Assembly: GCF_009914755.1 (NCBI RefSeq)
Contig: NC_060927.1
DNA: 64,000 bases
Reading direction: 5' to 3' (one strand)
Source of the DNA: the human T2T-CHM13v2.0 reference genome, Homo sapiens
Numbering within the stretch: position 1 is the stretch's first letter; each line of letters begins with the position of its first letter. The notes under the pieces were generated by a model that was not told where the DNA came from, ran no database searches, and was given only the letters and a program-made list of their open reading frames with translations. This document shows, piece after piece, positions 39,340 to 53,424 of the stretch. The position numbers and the translations under genes were made by a program.

Positions 39340-41070
39340 AGAAAAAAAATTGAAATTGAAAGCAAAATAAAGTACTTCACAAATAAATGAGAAATACATC
39401 AGATAATTCAGATTATAAACAAAGAGAAAAAATCAATTAGTACTTAAACAGGGACATCCCCAAAGAATCAGAGTTTATTTTAAAATGGCTTTCTCAGGGA
39501 TTTTATTCTAAATATTTTAAAACGTAAAGGAATTTTAAAATTTCTTTAAAAATACTTAAAAATACCAGAATTAATCAAGTATATTGGAAATGTCATAAAA
39601 TCAGTAACTCTAGATTTAAATTAAAGGAATAAAAAAACTCTACCATTGGCAAATGGTAGATTATTTGATTAATACATAGAAAATATAAGCTACTCAAATA
39701 AATTATTTGAACTAGTTGAAGTTCTAACATACTCCAATAGTTTTCTTGTGATTCTTAGTAAGACAATATTAAGAAAAAAAATTCCTTCATGAGAAAACAA
39801 CTACAAAATATGTATATTTATTCCAAACATAAAATACTTAAGTTTTTTTTGCAAAAAATACAAATCTTTATTGAAGAACTAAATAAAACATACCAAAACA
39901 TAAGCATACCAAATGTGTGTCAAATAAATGTATACATCCAATAAAACTCTAATCATTGTGGCTTAAGCTAGTTATAACAAATACAAAAGAAAAAGAAAAG
40001 TGAAAAAAAGAAATGTACTCAACTCATTAAATAGATCTCAATTATTACATATAAAATGTTAAAATAAAATATATAATCAATAAAATGTTTTTATTTTCTT
40101 GAGAGACTCTTTTCTGTTCAAGATATGTGGCCTGGAAACAAAACAATGACAACTAAAACTACATATAATTAATTTAAAAGTAATTTATGGCTAACTACAG
40201 CCACAACAGTTACAAAAAGAATACCAACATAGTAAATGATGGCTTAATGGTCAATATGTATTAACAACACTAAATCAATGAGAACAATATCTAAACAACA
40301 TGACAGAGCAATGGACAAAGGAAGTGAAGATAATTCACAGAGGAAGAAATAAATAAGAGCAAGAATCATGTAAAAATGTAAAACTACTTTGGTGATTATG
40401 AAATGTATCTGAAATAAATACAATTCAAAATTTCTCCAAAAAACTGCCTTTTTTACAAAAGGCAATGATTAGTGAATGTGGCAGTGTGGTGAAATATACA
40501 CAGTTGATGGAAAGCAAATTGGAAGACAAACTACTTTAAGCTGTCAGTCAACATGTGAGTGTGCAAACACTTTGACTCAAAAATTCTGCTGGCAAATTCA
40601 AAGTTATACAAACTCCCCCATTTAGGTGTTCAGTATTTCATCATTTTTAGGAAAAAAAATACAGATGCCTTATATTTTATCAATAGGGGGATAATTTAAT
40701 AAAGGAAAGGATATTTTCAATTTGGAGTAGCTGGCTGATATAAAAATGAGATGTACTTTTGTACAAGGATGCCCACGCTTCTGTGTTTGATGAATGGGGA
40801 AAAAAATAAAAGAGAGCAGTGTACAAGGTCAGGTTTCATTTTGTAAAAAGAAATACATTGTAATGTATTTTTATACCTGTATATACAGGCACAGATACAT
40901 ATATAAACATTTACATTTGCATGTGCAGAATGTATATTGTATATATTGATGTGCTGACAGATTACAAGTGTGTAAGAGCTTGGGAGATAGGTATGAAAAA
41001 TGTACTTTTCACGTATATATTAATACTTCTGTATTACTGAATATTTTCAATGAACATTTACTTCTTTTAA
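39340..41070 (+). mobile_element. Highly degraded L1M ORF2/3' remnant (similar material at 37340-38330)
   Basis: A-rich with scattered L1 motifs; boundaries approximate. Confidence 0.5.
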
Positions 41071-41352
41071 GGCTACTTACTTCAAATTATAGCCAGTGTT
41101 AATAAAAGCTTGACACCCTCCATGCCCTGCCCCAATAAGGCTAGATGCTCTTGCTGTTATTATTCATCACTCTATACATGGCTGCTTTCTATGTAAGCAT
41201 CCACTGTAAAATGCCAGGCATGTTGTGAACTCAAAATACCTTTAATGGCTAATTTAATGTAAAATAATTAATAAATGTTTGCCAATGACCTAAATAAAAA
41301 ATAACAGGCGAAAGAAAGAATGAAAGTATAAACGTAATAAGGTAACAGTAGG

Positions 41353-41721
41353 TATATTAGTCCATTCTCATGCTGCTGTGAAGAAATACCCAAGACTGGG
41401 TAATTTATAAAGAAAAGAGGTTTAATTGACTTACAGTTCCAAGTGACTGGGGAAGCCACAGGACACCTAGAATCATGGTGGAAGGCACCTCTTCACAGGG
41501 TGGCAGGAGAGACAATGAATGCTGGCAGGGGAAATGCCAGATGCTGATAAAGCCATCAGAACTCACTCACTATCAGAACTCACTCACTGTCACCAGAACA
41601 GCATGGGGGAAACCATCCCGTGATTTAATTACCTCCCACCAGATCCCTCCCATGACACGTGGAGACTTTGGGAACTACAATTCAAGAAGAGATTTTGGTG
41701 AGACACAGCTGAATTATATCA
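41353..41721 (-). mobile_element. THE1C/D solo LTR
   Basis: tattagtccattctcatgctgct...gactgggtaatttataaagaaaagaggtttaattgac. Confidence 0.9.
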
Positions 41722-42539
41722 GAGGGGAAAATAAAGAAAAATGAGTATGGCAAATTAGAAAGTTACAATCCTCTATAAAGAATTTAAAAAATAAAATGGA
41801 AAGCTAAACATCAAAATTTAGCTGAGTGGAAGTAATGACCATTAGACATTGATATAAATGATTCACTACTTTATGTCTGTTTTACAAACAAAATAAAACA
41901 CAATCATGTACACCATTAGATACAACAAATTACCTTTGCTGTAAAATTGCTTAAGTAGTAACACATGTCATTCATTAAACTTCTTTAAGCATCAGGATTT
42001 CCTCCTAATACCATAAATGTATTTTGAGTAGAAGAAATGCTGTTTTGCTGAAAGAATTGAATTATCTGGTTTTCACAAAGTATCAACTAATTATATTTAA
42101 TATGAAATCTGTTTTAAAAAATAGTATGTACTTTCTTTGGTTATCTTTATTGCTTTTCAATTAATACCTTTGAGTTGGCAAGAAGAGAAAGTGCCTGATG
42201 TGTTATATTTATTTGTTCTAAAGGTAATCATTGTTCAAAATATGTGAAGCTATTGTTCAGAACCAGGGTACTTAGAATGCATTAGAAACATTCATGCTGA
42301 CATTAGAGAGGTGGTTTGCTCTCATTACTAAAATGTGTTACCTTAGCACATTGCTGTTTTCCAAAAAAAGTAGCCAAATTCATAAAGATCATAACCATAA
42401 AGGTTTCTGAAAATTTATGTTTAAGGGAGAAAAATGAAATGCTGGCTTTAGGAGTGGTGAATGTTTATTTTTAAATATTTAATAAGGTGGCTAATTTATG
42501 TCACTGTTAAGTTTTTGATGTGTATAAAATGTACCTTTA

Positions 42540-42680
42540 AAAATTTTTTCACTGATACTTAATATTTGTGTATATTTATGGAGTACATATGATATTTTAT
42601 TATAGTCATAGAATGTATGCATGTATGGATATCCATCGCCTCCGCTACTTATCATTTCTATGTGTTGAGAATATTATCTC
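42540..42680 (-). mobile_element. L1MA 3' end fragment
   Basis: tatatttatggagtacatatgatatttt. Confidence 0.7.
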
Positions 42681-42885
42681 TTTTACTTCTGGTAGATTTT
42701 ATTCAGCATCTTTAAATAATAAGCCATTTCTAAGTTAAAGTAAGAAACAACTTGATAGCTTTGTGCTTGTGTTCTTTTGGAATACTATGTTAATAGTACT
42801 AGGATATCCTTTGTAGAAGCTAGGGTAATTGGTGACTTTTGAAATATTTTATTAGTGCATCTCCTGATGTCCCACTCAGGTAGTT

Positions 42886-43098
42886 TTAGGGGTGAGCAAA
42901 GTTTACTTTACAGATCCAATCTGGTGAAGTACTTGTTTTTGTAAATAAAATCTTGTTAGAACACAAGTATGCCCATTCATTTATTTATTGTCTGTGCTGC
43001 ATTTTTGCTAGATGTGAGTGTTTGCAACAGAGGCTCTGATTTGCACAGCCCCAGATATTTACTATTTGGTCATTTACAAAAATATTTACCAACTCCTG
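42886..43098 (+). mobile_element. MER58A (hAT-Charlie MITE)
   Basis: tgtttttgtaaataaaa...atatttactatttggtcatttaca; termini aggggtgagcaaa / tttaccaactcctg. Confidence 0.85.
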
Positions 43099-44850
43099 AA
43101 GGAACAAATTGATTCTTGTGTCTTGCCCCATCACTGTAACAAACCCCAAGACCACAGAGAGTACACATAGACTATAGCAGCATTTCTCATGCTTGAGAAA
43201 TGTGAATATTCCCTTGGAAGGATGCAAAGTATTCTCCTCACCACCAGTAATGACTTAAGTTACTTTTATTATACAGTTTCTTAAATCCAAATAAATACAT
43301 ATTTAGGTATACACTCCTTATAGATTTAGCTTGTCCCAAAACATATTTAAAGTATTGCACACATAAAATTAACATTAAATGGATTTAATGGTAATGTTAT
43401 TTTGCACAAACTAACTGTGTACTTGAGGCATAAAAATGGCACTACCTGATGTGACTACAGCCTTTTCAGTTTGGTACATGGCTCCTACTGCACTCCATGT
43501 GATTGAGTTCTCTCTCCATTTTTCTCCATTCAAATTTCCATGAGACCTCCTTGGGACAGAAAATGTTGAATTAATTGGATTTGGCTTGTTTAGTGAGCAC
43601 ATCATGAATGACGAAAGATCATATAACTGAAGTTCTTAAACAATTCATTTCAAACTGATATGCAGTGTGAGCACTGGAATCTCATGGAAGTTCTTGTTTA
43701 TAATGACCACCCAGGTTATTTGACTTTAGCACATATGTATGCATATATAAATCTACATACATATGCACATACATACATTTATGTACATGCATACAATATT
43801 ATTTAGATGGAGAGGGAAATTTAACTGTTCTCATTGGGAAATTGTAGGTTACCTGTATACATTGTCTTACCTCTATTCTGGTTACAAAACACTGACCTAG
43901 AACAAAGATAGAAATATTTTAAAAGTTAAAGAAGAGCAGGTTAATGGTCATTTAGGCAAGGATGAACGATGCTATAACATTGCTTAATGCTGGAAGAGGT
44001 TTCATTATAGACTATTATAATTTAAGTAGAAAGTTCAATCCAGGTTCCCTATTTCACACTCCTGTAAGCAACCTCATAATTTTAATGAAATAAGCACATT
44101 AATGTTCTATTCTGCATGATGTGAATTATGAAGGAATTAAACAGAATATAGAAGATAAATGTATAATATGCTATAAAACTCATAGCTAATCTAAATAATA
44201 TCCAAAATTTACTACATCAAGTGGTTAGGTATTATAAAACTTTAAGTATTTGTATTAATAACTACCAAAACAAGTGGTTAAAACAAAATCAATACTTAAA
44301 AATTCTGAAGAAGTTTGGTTAGTTAGAGGAAATGATATAAGGTATAGGAATTTACTTAGTAAAGATACTTGTAATAATGAGCCATATAAAGTTTTGATTC
44401 CTACAATGACAAATCCATATATGGAAAAATGGGCCCAATCAATATATTTCTTTTAAAAATGAGACCTCAAGTTTTAACTTACATTTAGACATATTTTGAT
44501 GCTTACTGAACACCTTTAGAGAGTACTTAGATAACTGCATTTATATCACTATAGAAATCTAATTTCATTTGCATTTTGAACTATCAAAAATTTCAAAATT
44601 ATGATTCTTCTAGGTGATGCATCTCTGACTTGAACATGTTCCAGGTACCAACAGTCTAACCAACTGTTTTAGAACAGATCATGAAATTTGCCTGGGGTGA
44701 CAATAAGTGAGAATGATGACTTGGACTCAATTCTAGATTACTTTTACTTTAGTTACTTCCAAAGCAGTAAATAAACAGAATAGCTGATATAAATAAGAAA
44801 GTAGGTGACTGACGTAAATAAGATAAGAAAGTAGGTGGGGGTTCCCTCAT

Positions 44851-47298
44851 CGGTCAGGGTTCTCTAGGGGAACAAAAATAACTTGCCATGGTTAATACTG
44901 AGCGTCAACTTGATTGGATTGAACAATACAACGTATTGATCCTGGGTGTTTCTGTGAATGTGTTGCCAAAGGAGATTAACATTTGAGTCAGTGGGCTGGG
45001 AAAGACAGACCCACCCTTTATCTGGGTTGGCAAAATCTAGTCAGCTCCAGCATGGCTAGACTATAAGCAGGCAGAAAAATGTGAAAAAAGAGACTAGCCT
45101 AGCCTCCCAGGCTACATCTTTCTCCCGTGCTGGATACTTCCTGCCCTTGAACTTTGGACTCCAAGTTCTTCAGTGTTGGAACTTGGACTGGCTCTCCTTG
45201 CTCCTCAGCCTGCAGACAGCCTATTGTGGGGCTTTGTAGGTTTCCTATCAATTTCACTTCTAGGAACACTGTGATTAATTAGCCAATGCCAGAGCTCTAC
45301 ATGAGTCAGACTATTCTGATTGCTGCTTTGCCTCTGCTGTCCATTACAGTAGCTATGGCAACCCTGTCTTTGATGGTTGAGTATTGCCATTTGGCCCCTG
45401 CCACCTTGGGATCCAATTATTCCCATTGTATTTAAAATCTGTAGTCGAGTGACTGTGGTTCCCATGGTTAGATCTAACTTACAGAGAAGAACAATTACAG
45501 GGCTCTTCAAAGATGTGAGTGCTGCCCTCACAAATCTATTTCACAAGGCATTGGTCAAAGTTATATCTTCTGGACCCTCCCAGCTGGGATGAGTAAGTCT
45601 TAAGTGACTAATCCACTCCACTATCCCAATCTCCTTAAACCTTTGGTTCCCCTCCTCTACATTAAACCAAGGAAGATCAGGCATTTCCAGCTCACTCACA
45701 GTGGGCCATCTTTTAATCCATATTTTAGCTAACCAAGCAAATAAACTATTAGAACCTTTTTAAATTCCATGAGCTGCAAAGTTAAATACAGAGCCCAAAT
45801 CAATAAATTCAGCCTGATTCAACTCTATGGTCCTTCCACCATTATCCCACACCCTTAATATTTATTCCCATGCCTGTCCTCCAGATTTCTGTTTCTACAA
45901 ATTAGCAAACTCAAGCAGTTATTTTTGAGGGTGGTGTAACTCCTCATGGGTTACACTCTCAACCTCACCTCTAGGGGCCCGCCAGGACTTTAGTCTAGTT
46001 ATAGGTCTAGAAGCAAACAGGGGTGTTGGGGGTGGCTCCTGAGGAGAATCAACGTTATCTTGCCTGGCAACTGCCTCAGGGGAGGTCATCACTGTTGCCT
46101 CAGGCAGCGCAGGGTTTATCTCCTCAGACAAAGGTGAAAAGGCTGATGGCAGCATGGGTCAGGGAGGGGATGTTGCCAATACTGGGGATGGGGAAGCTGC
46201 TTCTTCTAGCAAAAAAAGGTTCATCAGCGTTTACAAACTCAGTGTCCCCAGTTTCATCAGGGTCCTCCCACACATCTGCATGCCAAGTTGCAGGCTCCCA
46301 TTCTTTTCCAATCAACGTACTCAGTTTAACAATGGACACTTGGCAAGGCTGTGCATGCGCCTTTCATTGCAGGTCAGCCACTCACATAAGAGCCTGTGTC
46401 TGTTTTTCCACAATTTCAGCTCTTTCTCTACACGAGATAAGACTCTCACTCAGGACAATCTTAGCAGATTTAACGCTCAGTGTCTGCTTCTGAAGCTGGG
46501 AGATAGAATCCCTGAGTTCATCATTTTCTTTCATCACTTTGTTTTTTTAGCAGCCAACCAGCTTCGTTATGTTCCTTGGTTCTCCACTATGGTCAAAGGT
46601 ATTATGTATAGAGTCATTAAACTCCTTGCCTCTCATGAGCAATGAATCAGGACTGTCAAATGCATTTATCTTGCATAACTCTATAAACAGTTCACGCCAA
46701 GGACTATCAGTGTTCTCCATACGATTAGATGTAGAGTCCTTAGCATTTTTGTGTTTAATCATATTAAGCAGCCAACTCCAGAAACCCCAAAACCAATGAA
46801 GGAACTCTATCCTTAATATTCTGTTCCTCTAGAACCATTTCTGGTACCAAATTCTGGATTAGTCAGGGTTCTCTAGAGGGACAGAACTAATGGAGTCTGT
46901 CCATTATACGAGTTTATTAAGCATTAACTCACGGGATCACAAGGTCCCACAATAGGCTGTTTGCAGGCTGAGGAGTAAGGAGATCCAGGCCAGGTTAAAA
47001 AACTGAAGAACTTGGAGTCCAGTATTCAAGGAAGGGGAGGAAGTATCCAGCATGGGAGAAAGATGCAGGCTGGGAGTCTAGGCCAGTCTCTCTTTTCACT
47101 ATTTTTCTGCCTGCTTATATTCTAGCCATGCTGGCAGCTGATTTGATTGTGCCCATCTAGATTAAGGGTGGGTCTGCCTTTCCCAGCCCACTGACTCAAA
47201 TGATAATCTCCTTTGGCAACACCCTCACAGACACACCCAGGATCAATACTTTGTATCCTTCAATCTAAGCAAGTTGACAGTCAGGGTTAACCATCATA
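44851..47298 (-). mobile_element. Rearranged HERV-L provirus with MLT2A LTRs: 5' LTR 46855-47298 (-), PBS 46832-46849, gag 45237-46790 (-), inverted LTR 44884-45237 (+), 3' LTR stub 44851-44881 (-)
   Basis: Two MLT2A copies in opposite orientation; PBS reads tggtaccagaaatggttc on the minus strand. Confidence 0.9.
45237..46790 (-). pseudogene. gag: HERV-L gag remnant with stops and frameshifts
   Basis: Peptides MENTDSPWRELFIELCKINAFD, LIGKEWEPATWHADVWEDPDE, PLFASRPITRLKS, LWHWLINHSVPRSEIDRKPT in different frames. Confidence 0.88.
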
Positions 47299-50053
47299 GG
47301 GGGCTATACATCTTTTCTCCTAGACTACATACTTTTCCTTTTGTATGCCATTAAGGTGCATCAAAGTTTGATGGTATTGTCAGACCATGAAGAATGGGAA
47401 GCTACTAAGTCTCAGTGTGAATCTACTGGCTCACTGTCTTTTGTACCCAATAGTCATCTCAGCACCCAGGAGCAACTTATACTATAGTAAAAGGCAACAG
47501 TCCATTACTCGGAACCTGAATGGGGATGCCATCTCTGCAATGCCTGGGAGGTTTCCTTTTATGCACACTTAGACATGGCTGGGCCTATCATACCAATAAT
47601 ATTCTGTTTCCCTAATTACCAGTACATGTAAAATTTTTTTTCTTGAAACAAAAGCAGAATACAGGTACAAGGAATAAGGAAAACAAGAAAGAAAAAAAAA
47701 GATACATTTTTTCCAATTAAAAGATTCCAAATTATTTTGACCCAAAAAAACACTTTAGATTATTATCCCATCATAAAATGCTCTGTAAGCTTTATGATTT
47801 TGAAGTGTTATTAATCTTCTCTACAACATACTCAGGAAATTTAGTATACAAATAGATTTTATCACAAATGCAATAATGACCACATTCACATCAAGAAATG
47901 CCATATGAACCCTATTTAATATGGTAGCAACTTTTACACTCTCCCTTCTTCTCAGAATAGACTGTGGCACATTTCAAAATAGATTCCCTTTAGTTCATGA
48001 CTTGTTCAGTTGCAAATTCATGTAAGCTACAGAACCAGTTTGGCACCTGCTGTGATCATGAGTCTACTGCTGTTTCTCTAATCAGAAAACATTCCTATTA
48101 GATAAACCATCTGGCTTGAAAAGCATCCCTTTTGCATTCAAAATGATTTTGTTAGAATTCAGCCAAAGTATATTTTAAAAGGAAAGATGTGTCAGCAAGA
48201 CCAGTCTGTTTACTAATGGAACGATCCTCTATTAAAATGCCATTTGTGGGATAAAAGCCATAAAATGAAAATATTATACAACATGAACATATTCTAGCTA
48301 CATGTAAAAATGTGGGTAGTGCCAACCTTTGTCCAAGGCTATACATTGAAATCTGTTGAAATTTAGCTAGTCATGAGCATCATCAGATCAGAGCCAACTA
48401 AATAGCATGTTATTCTAATTGCAATGATTTCCATTGAAGTGTGATTATATAAATGTTGCTCTGAGACCATTAGTATTACCTGTGGGTAGTAGGGTACCAC
48501 TTGGTTATCTACTGAGTAATGTTTATTCTTGTAGTTGTGAGTCACTTTTATTTATATTCATATTCTTCAAGCTATATATATTTTGTACATTTAGTCAAAT
48601 AGCAATAACAATGTAATATAATTTTAAGAATAATTCATAGGAACACAAAGTATCTAGCCTTAGTATTTTTAGTAAATTTGGGGCAATATGATGATAAATA
48701 TTTTATTTTCTAATCGGGCACAACTAGCAGGGAAAAAGGTGGTTGAAGCATGTTGACTCAAAGTTAATTAAAGCTTAATGGTCATTAGACAAAATGGATG
48801 CTGAAATAAATGTGGCTTGTTAATCTCTTCTCTTCAATTAACATGTTTATCAAAATTTTTTTTGTATGAACACACTTGCTAAAACTTTCTTAATTACATT
48901 TCGAAAACTAGAGACGTGATTCTTTCCTTCAAAGAGCTTTCCTCTATTTGAAGAAGCAAGACTAATATATAAAATACCTAGTAATGAAGGAGAACCTCTG
49001 AATTTTTGAGATTTGATTGATAATACCATAGAGATCAGAAAAAAATCCAAATAGATGACATAGGATTTAAGCATTGTTTTAGTTGACAAGTTATTGTTAG
49101 AAGAATAGTTGGCAAAAAGGCAAGATACTTGAGAGAACACAGAGAGAATAGCAGAAGTGTAGATTATGGGTAAAAAGATCTATATAGCATGCAATGGCAT
49201 TTGCAGTTGGAAATGTCAAAGTTAAGGTATTGATAGCTATCCAGAGTTCTTGTAATGCGAGTCTAATAATTTAATACTTGTGTATATAAATCAATACTCT
49301 CATTGTTTTGGTTTTATTTTTTCAATTGGATTGTGAACTCATCCACCGGGCATATGTTGTACTTGAGTAATTTATCATGTCTCATATCTTGCAGTGTTCA
49401 CAAGACATTTTCTGAAAGAAAGGACGTTTAAATGGGTACATAATAAATGCTAATTACATGATTGCCTTTTGTGATTAAAATACTGCTGTCATTTTCTGCT
49501 TAAAAATCCAAAATCTTTTTTATATTGGCAATGCCTGGAGGGAGGGAAGTAACTTTGTTGAATTAATGTAAAGTTTGATTATTGCTAAAATGAAAGAAAT
49601 AATAAGAATAAAATTGGAGAATCCTAACAACCTACACAAATCATCTTTTTCATCCTCCTTTGTTATAATTTTCCTTTTTTGCTTGCTTTAAATTCCCACC
49701 ATTGAAATAGCTCTTTTGGAAAGTACGGTGGATATGAAATTATTGCCTTCAGGAAGATACTATGAACACACTATGTATTATTTGGAACTGTTATGTATTA
49801 TCTGGATCTAGAAATAGGTGCTAAAATACTTTGCCGTCACACTACTAACAAGGACTTTTTCATCAGATTTGGTAGCTAACAACTTTGAAAGCAGAGAGGA
49901 GAGTTTTGTTCTGAAAGAAAATGTTGAAATACAGTCAAATTTCAGTAGGAAGGGGAAAAAACCCATTATCTATTTCTAGGACTTGGGAAAAAGCACCATA
50001 ATAATCAAACATACAGAAAGACAAACTATATCAAAACATATCTACCTGCATAT

Positions 50054-50057
<4 letters not shown>

Positions 50058-50116
<59 letters not shown>
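50058..50116. repeat. (TG)20(AG)n compound microsatellite
   Basis: Counted directly. Confidence 0.95.
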
Positions 50117-50979
50117 AAGGGTATATGTATGCTTACATGCAGGTGTGTGAATGTGTGTATATGTACACACTGGTATGTGTTATGTAGAAGTTTTGTCGCT
50201 TATAAATAAAACAGAAAAAGTAAAAAAAAAAACCTGAAATAATGAATAATTATTTAATCTCAATTTAAGCATTTTCTACCAAGGAGTACTCAATAAAATT
50301 ATTTAACAAGAAAAACCTATTTTTGATAAACATTTAGATTAATAGAACTGATATATACCATTTATTTATCATTTATATATTCCAGGTACTGTGACAAATG
50401 TTTTCACATTCACAGTTTATAATTTATTTCTCACTTACTCTTACATGGCTTTTATAGACAAAAAAAACCTGCCACACGAAGCTCCAGTAGCTTCCACAAT
50501 GCCATAGAACAGGACCTATGAATTCCATCATTATGTATCCCAGATGCACATTGATGCAAGTCAATAAACAAAGGAGGAAATGAGTGATACTCCCAGTATT
50601 GTTTTTATTGTGGTGGTTCGTATTTCCAGAACTAGCAGGGTTTCAGATCCTGATCCTCATAAGGTTATGCTGAACAAGTGTTTCCACTTCAAGGATGAGA
50701 ATCCAGTTTGATGCACGACTTCATGAAAGATTTCAATAAACTCAGAAGTATGGACCTAGCTCACTGCTATTAATTAGAGCCATTCAAGCTTCAGGGACTA
50801 GCTAAATTTATATTTACTCCATCTCTTTTTGACATAATCAGAAAGATCCAACAGTAAGTTTCTGATCATGCCAAAAAGAAATAAACTGTATATTAAATTT
50901 TTCGTAAATGAACAATTGAATAATGGTATGTTTTAACCATGGTTATATATTTGTGTGTTCTTTTAGTAGAGTAGTACCA

Positions 50980-51160
50980 CAGTGTCTGGTATTGACACCT
51001 GATTTTGAATCCCAGCTCTGTCACTTACTAGCTGTGGGACCTAAGATAAGTCACTTAACTTCTCCATGCCTTGGTTTTCTAATCAGGGGTTGGTTTCAGA
51101 ATTAAATCTATTAGAACAGTGCCTGAAACATAGTAAGCACTATCATTAGCTGCTATTATT
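50980..51160 (+). mobile_element. MIR
   Basis: ttgaatcccagctctgtcacttactagctgtgggacct. Confidence 0.8.
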
Positions 51161-51739
51161 GTGGCATTTATGTAGATATTCTTAAATAATGAGATAGATA
51201 GATATGCTGCTTATTTTAAATTACTGACTTTTAACTGTGAAAAGGTGACATCAGATGAAGAATGGAGAAAAAGTATTTCCTCTATCTAAACATCTCTGGA
51301 AATTCTAGGTCCTTTCCTTCCTCCACCTATTCTGCCCACATTGAGATGATGCATATTGCCTCCTAGTTGAGAATTATTAAGTTCTGTTGAAATAACTTAC
51401 TTACAGAACTGTTTTGTGAATGTGAATGGTGTGGTGGCTGAAAATGGTTGGGAAGCATTGATTGAAGTGTTAGGGCACATGATCTTAATTGCCTGAATAA
51501 TAGCTTTAATTTCACTCTGCTTTTGTGACACAAGCATTGAACCTAGATGTAGAATGTAAACCTATCCATAGTGAGTGTAATATCCACTCCAAGTGACCTT
51601 GAAATGAATCTCTAAGTCAGATACTGTTTGCATAGCAAAGTGCAAGAAAAAAAATATGCCTGTCTCAAGGAACAGGTATATTCTCTCGGTTCTTGGGGGT
51701 TTATTTATTTTTGTGGGTTTCTTATTATTTGTTTTTGTT

Positions 51740-51862
51740 TTTTCTCTGTCACTAGAATATAAACTCAATGAGAATGAGAATTTTTTAATGTTTATTCACT
51801 ACCTAGAATAGAGTCTGGCATATGTAGTTATTTCAATAAATATTCACTGAATGAATAAATGA
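51740..51862 (+). mobile_element. L2 3' end
   Basis: cctagaatagagtctggcatatgtag...caataaatattcactgaatgaataaatga. Confidence 0.75.
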
Positions 51863-53424
51863 AGTACTTTTTCACACCTTGAAACAAAACATTATATTGT
51901 GATAACATTAAACAAGGTCCTAGTATATATTTGTTGTTTCAATTTTATAAACATCAGTTGTACTTCTCCATTAACATGACACTTATAGTATTTTTATTTT
52001 TTCAATTTTAGTTGGCAAAATTGGTCCTGCAACAAATTATTTTATAGATATTCTTTTACTACATCTTGATAACTTGCAGATATTCCCACAGTATCAGAAA
52101 CTGAAAAGTATGTTTTTCACTGTGTGGTTACATTTAAATTGTCCACATTAACCACCATGAGGAAAATAAGCTTTTAGAAAATTTTTCTTCTTTTAGCCAA
52201 CAAATTCCTAAAGGTAGTAGTTGATATATTTTGCAGTGTTGAGTTAACTTGTCAAGAACACAAATTACAAACTGATTTGTGCTTTCTTGATAATCTTAAT
52301 GTAGTTAGGCATAATGCATGAATATGTAATAGTGTGCGGTCGAAGGAAGATGATGGGTTGAAGGGAACTGGGGACTTCTCTAATTTTCTCTCCAGGCAGT
52401 GTTTATCACAAATATTTCCAAACAAATGGCCTTCTTTATTTGCTAGCTTGGTGAAATTCTTGCCTACAGTTTCATAGAGTATGGCATTGTCAACTTCCTG
52501 GAAATATCTGTCCACCATAAACTATTTCCACATATTTTTAAGTTTGAAACCACCATTACAAGTTGTTGCTCTCTTTTACATTCATAAGGGTTTAATTTTT
52601 GGATTTTTTTTCATTATAATTCCAGTTAGAAATAGCCTAGAGTCTGTGTGTTGTTTATTCATACCAAATAGTTGGATTTACATACATGAGTTATGTTTGT
52701 TATTTCTTTCAACCAGTACCTTCGGATCTTCCTCCAATATTAATTTTAGCTTCTAAAAATATATTTTTTAACTTTCTATTTTCTTTGTGACTCTGTTAGT
52801 CAATCAGACCATCCATGTTTACCCATTTCTTCAGTACCTTAAACATGAGAGGGATTATTTATTTTCCTTATACTCCCTCTCTTTTTTTATTTTCCTCACC
52901 TGACACTTTCAATTTACCAGGAAAACATGAAATGGATTTATTTTTAAATCCGTTCACTTCTCTTTCTCTCCAAAGCACTTGGATTGCTGCATAAACTGCT
53001 AAAAGACTCTCCTCTTCTCACTTAAGTCCTCTACATGATTTATTCTTTCAGAAGTGAATGTTTAGAAGAAAAGTAAATTCTATCAGGCTGCAACGAAGCA
53101 CCATATTGTAACATAGCATGTCACGGCCCTTAGTCCATGCTCCGTGTTGGAACCATCAAGGACTATGGAAACTGACTCCACCAACTTATTTAACATTGGT
53201 TTTCGTTTTGTCTTCTGCTATTCCAAGGTCATTTTCAACTTAAGGCCTTTTACTTCCTTCCACTTTGCCCAGTTCTGGCTGGCTGCCTTCTCATGATTAG
53301 GTTTTTGCTCATGTATCACCTCCTTAGAAATAATAGTTCTTAACTTTCTATTTAAAATATTATCTTGCCATGTCATTTTCCTCAACAGACAACTCTTTTC
53401 CTCTTATTTATGTTTAACAACACT

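Noticed and set aside
41555-41588. 17-bp tandem duplication in a THE1 LTR (similar cases at 17127-17165 and 61661-61696)
   Set aside because: Ordinary slippage-type duplications
46023-46645. 156-aa and 163-aa + strand ORFs
   Set aside because: Antisense frames of HERV-L gag with no independent coding evidence
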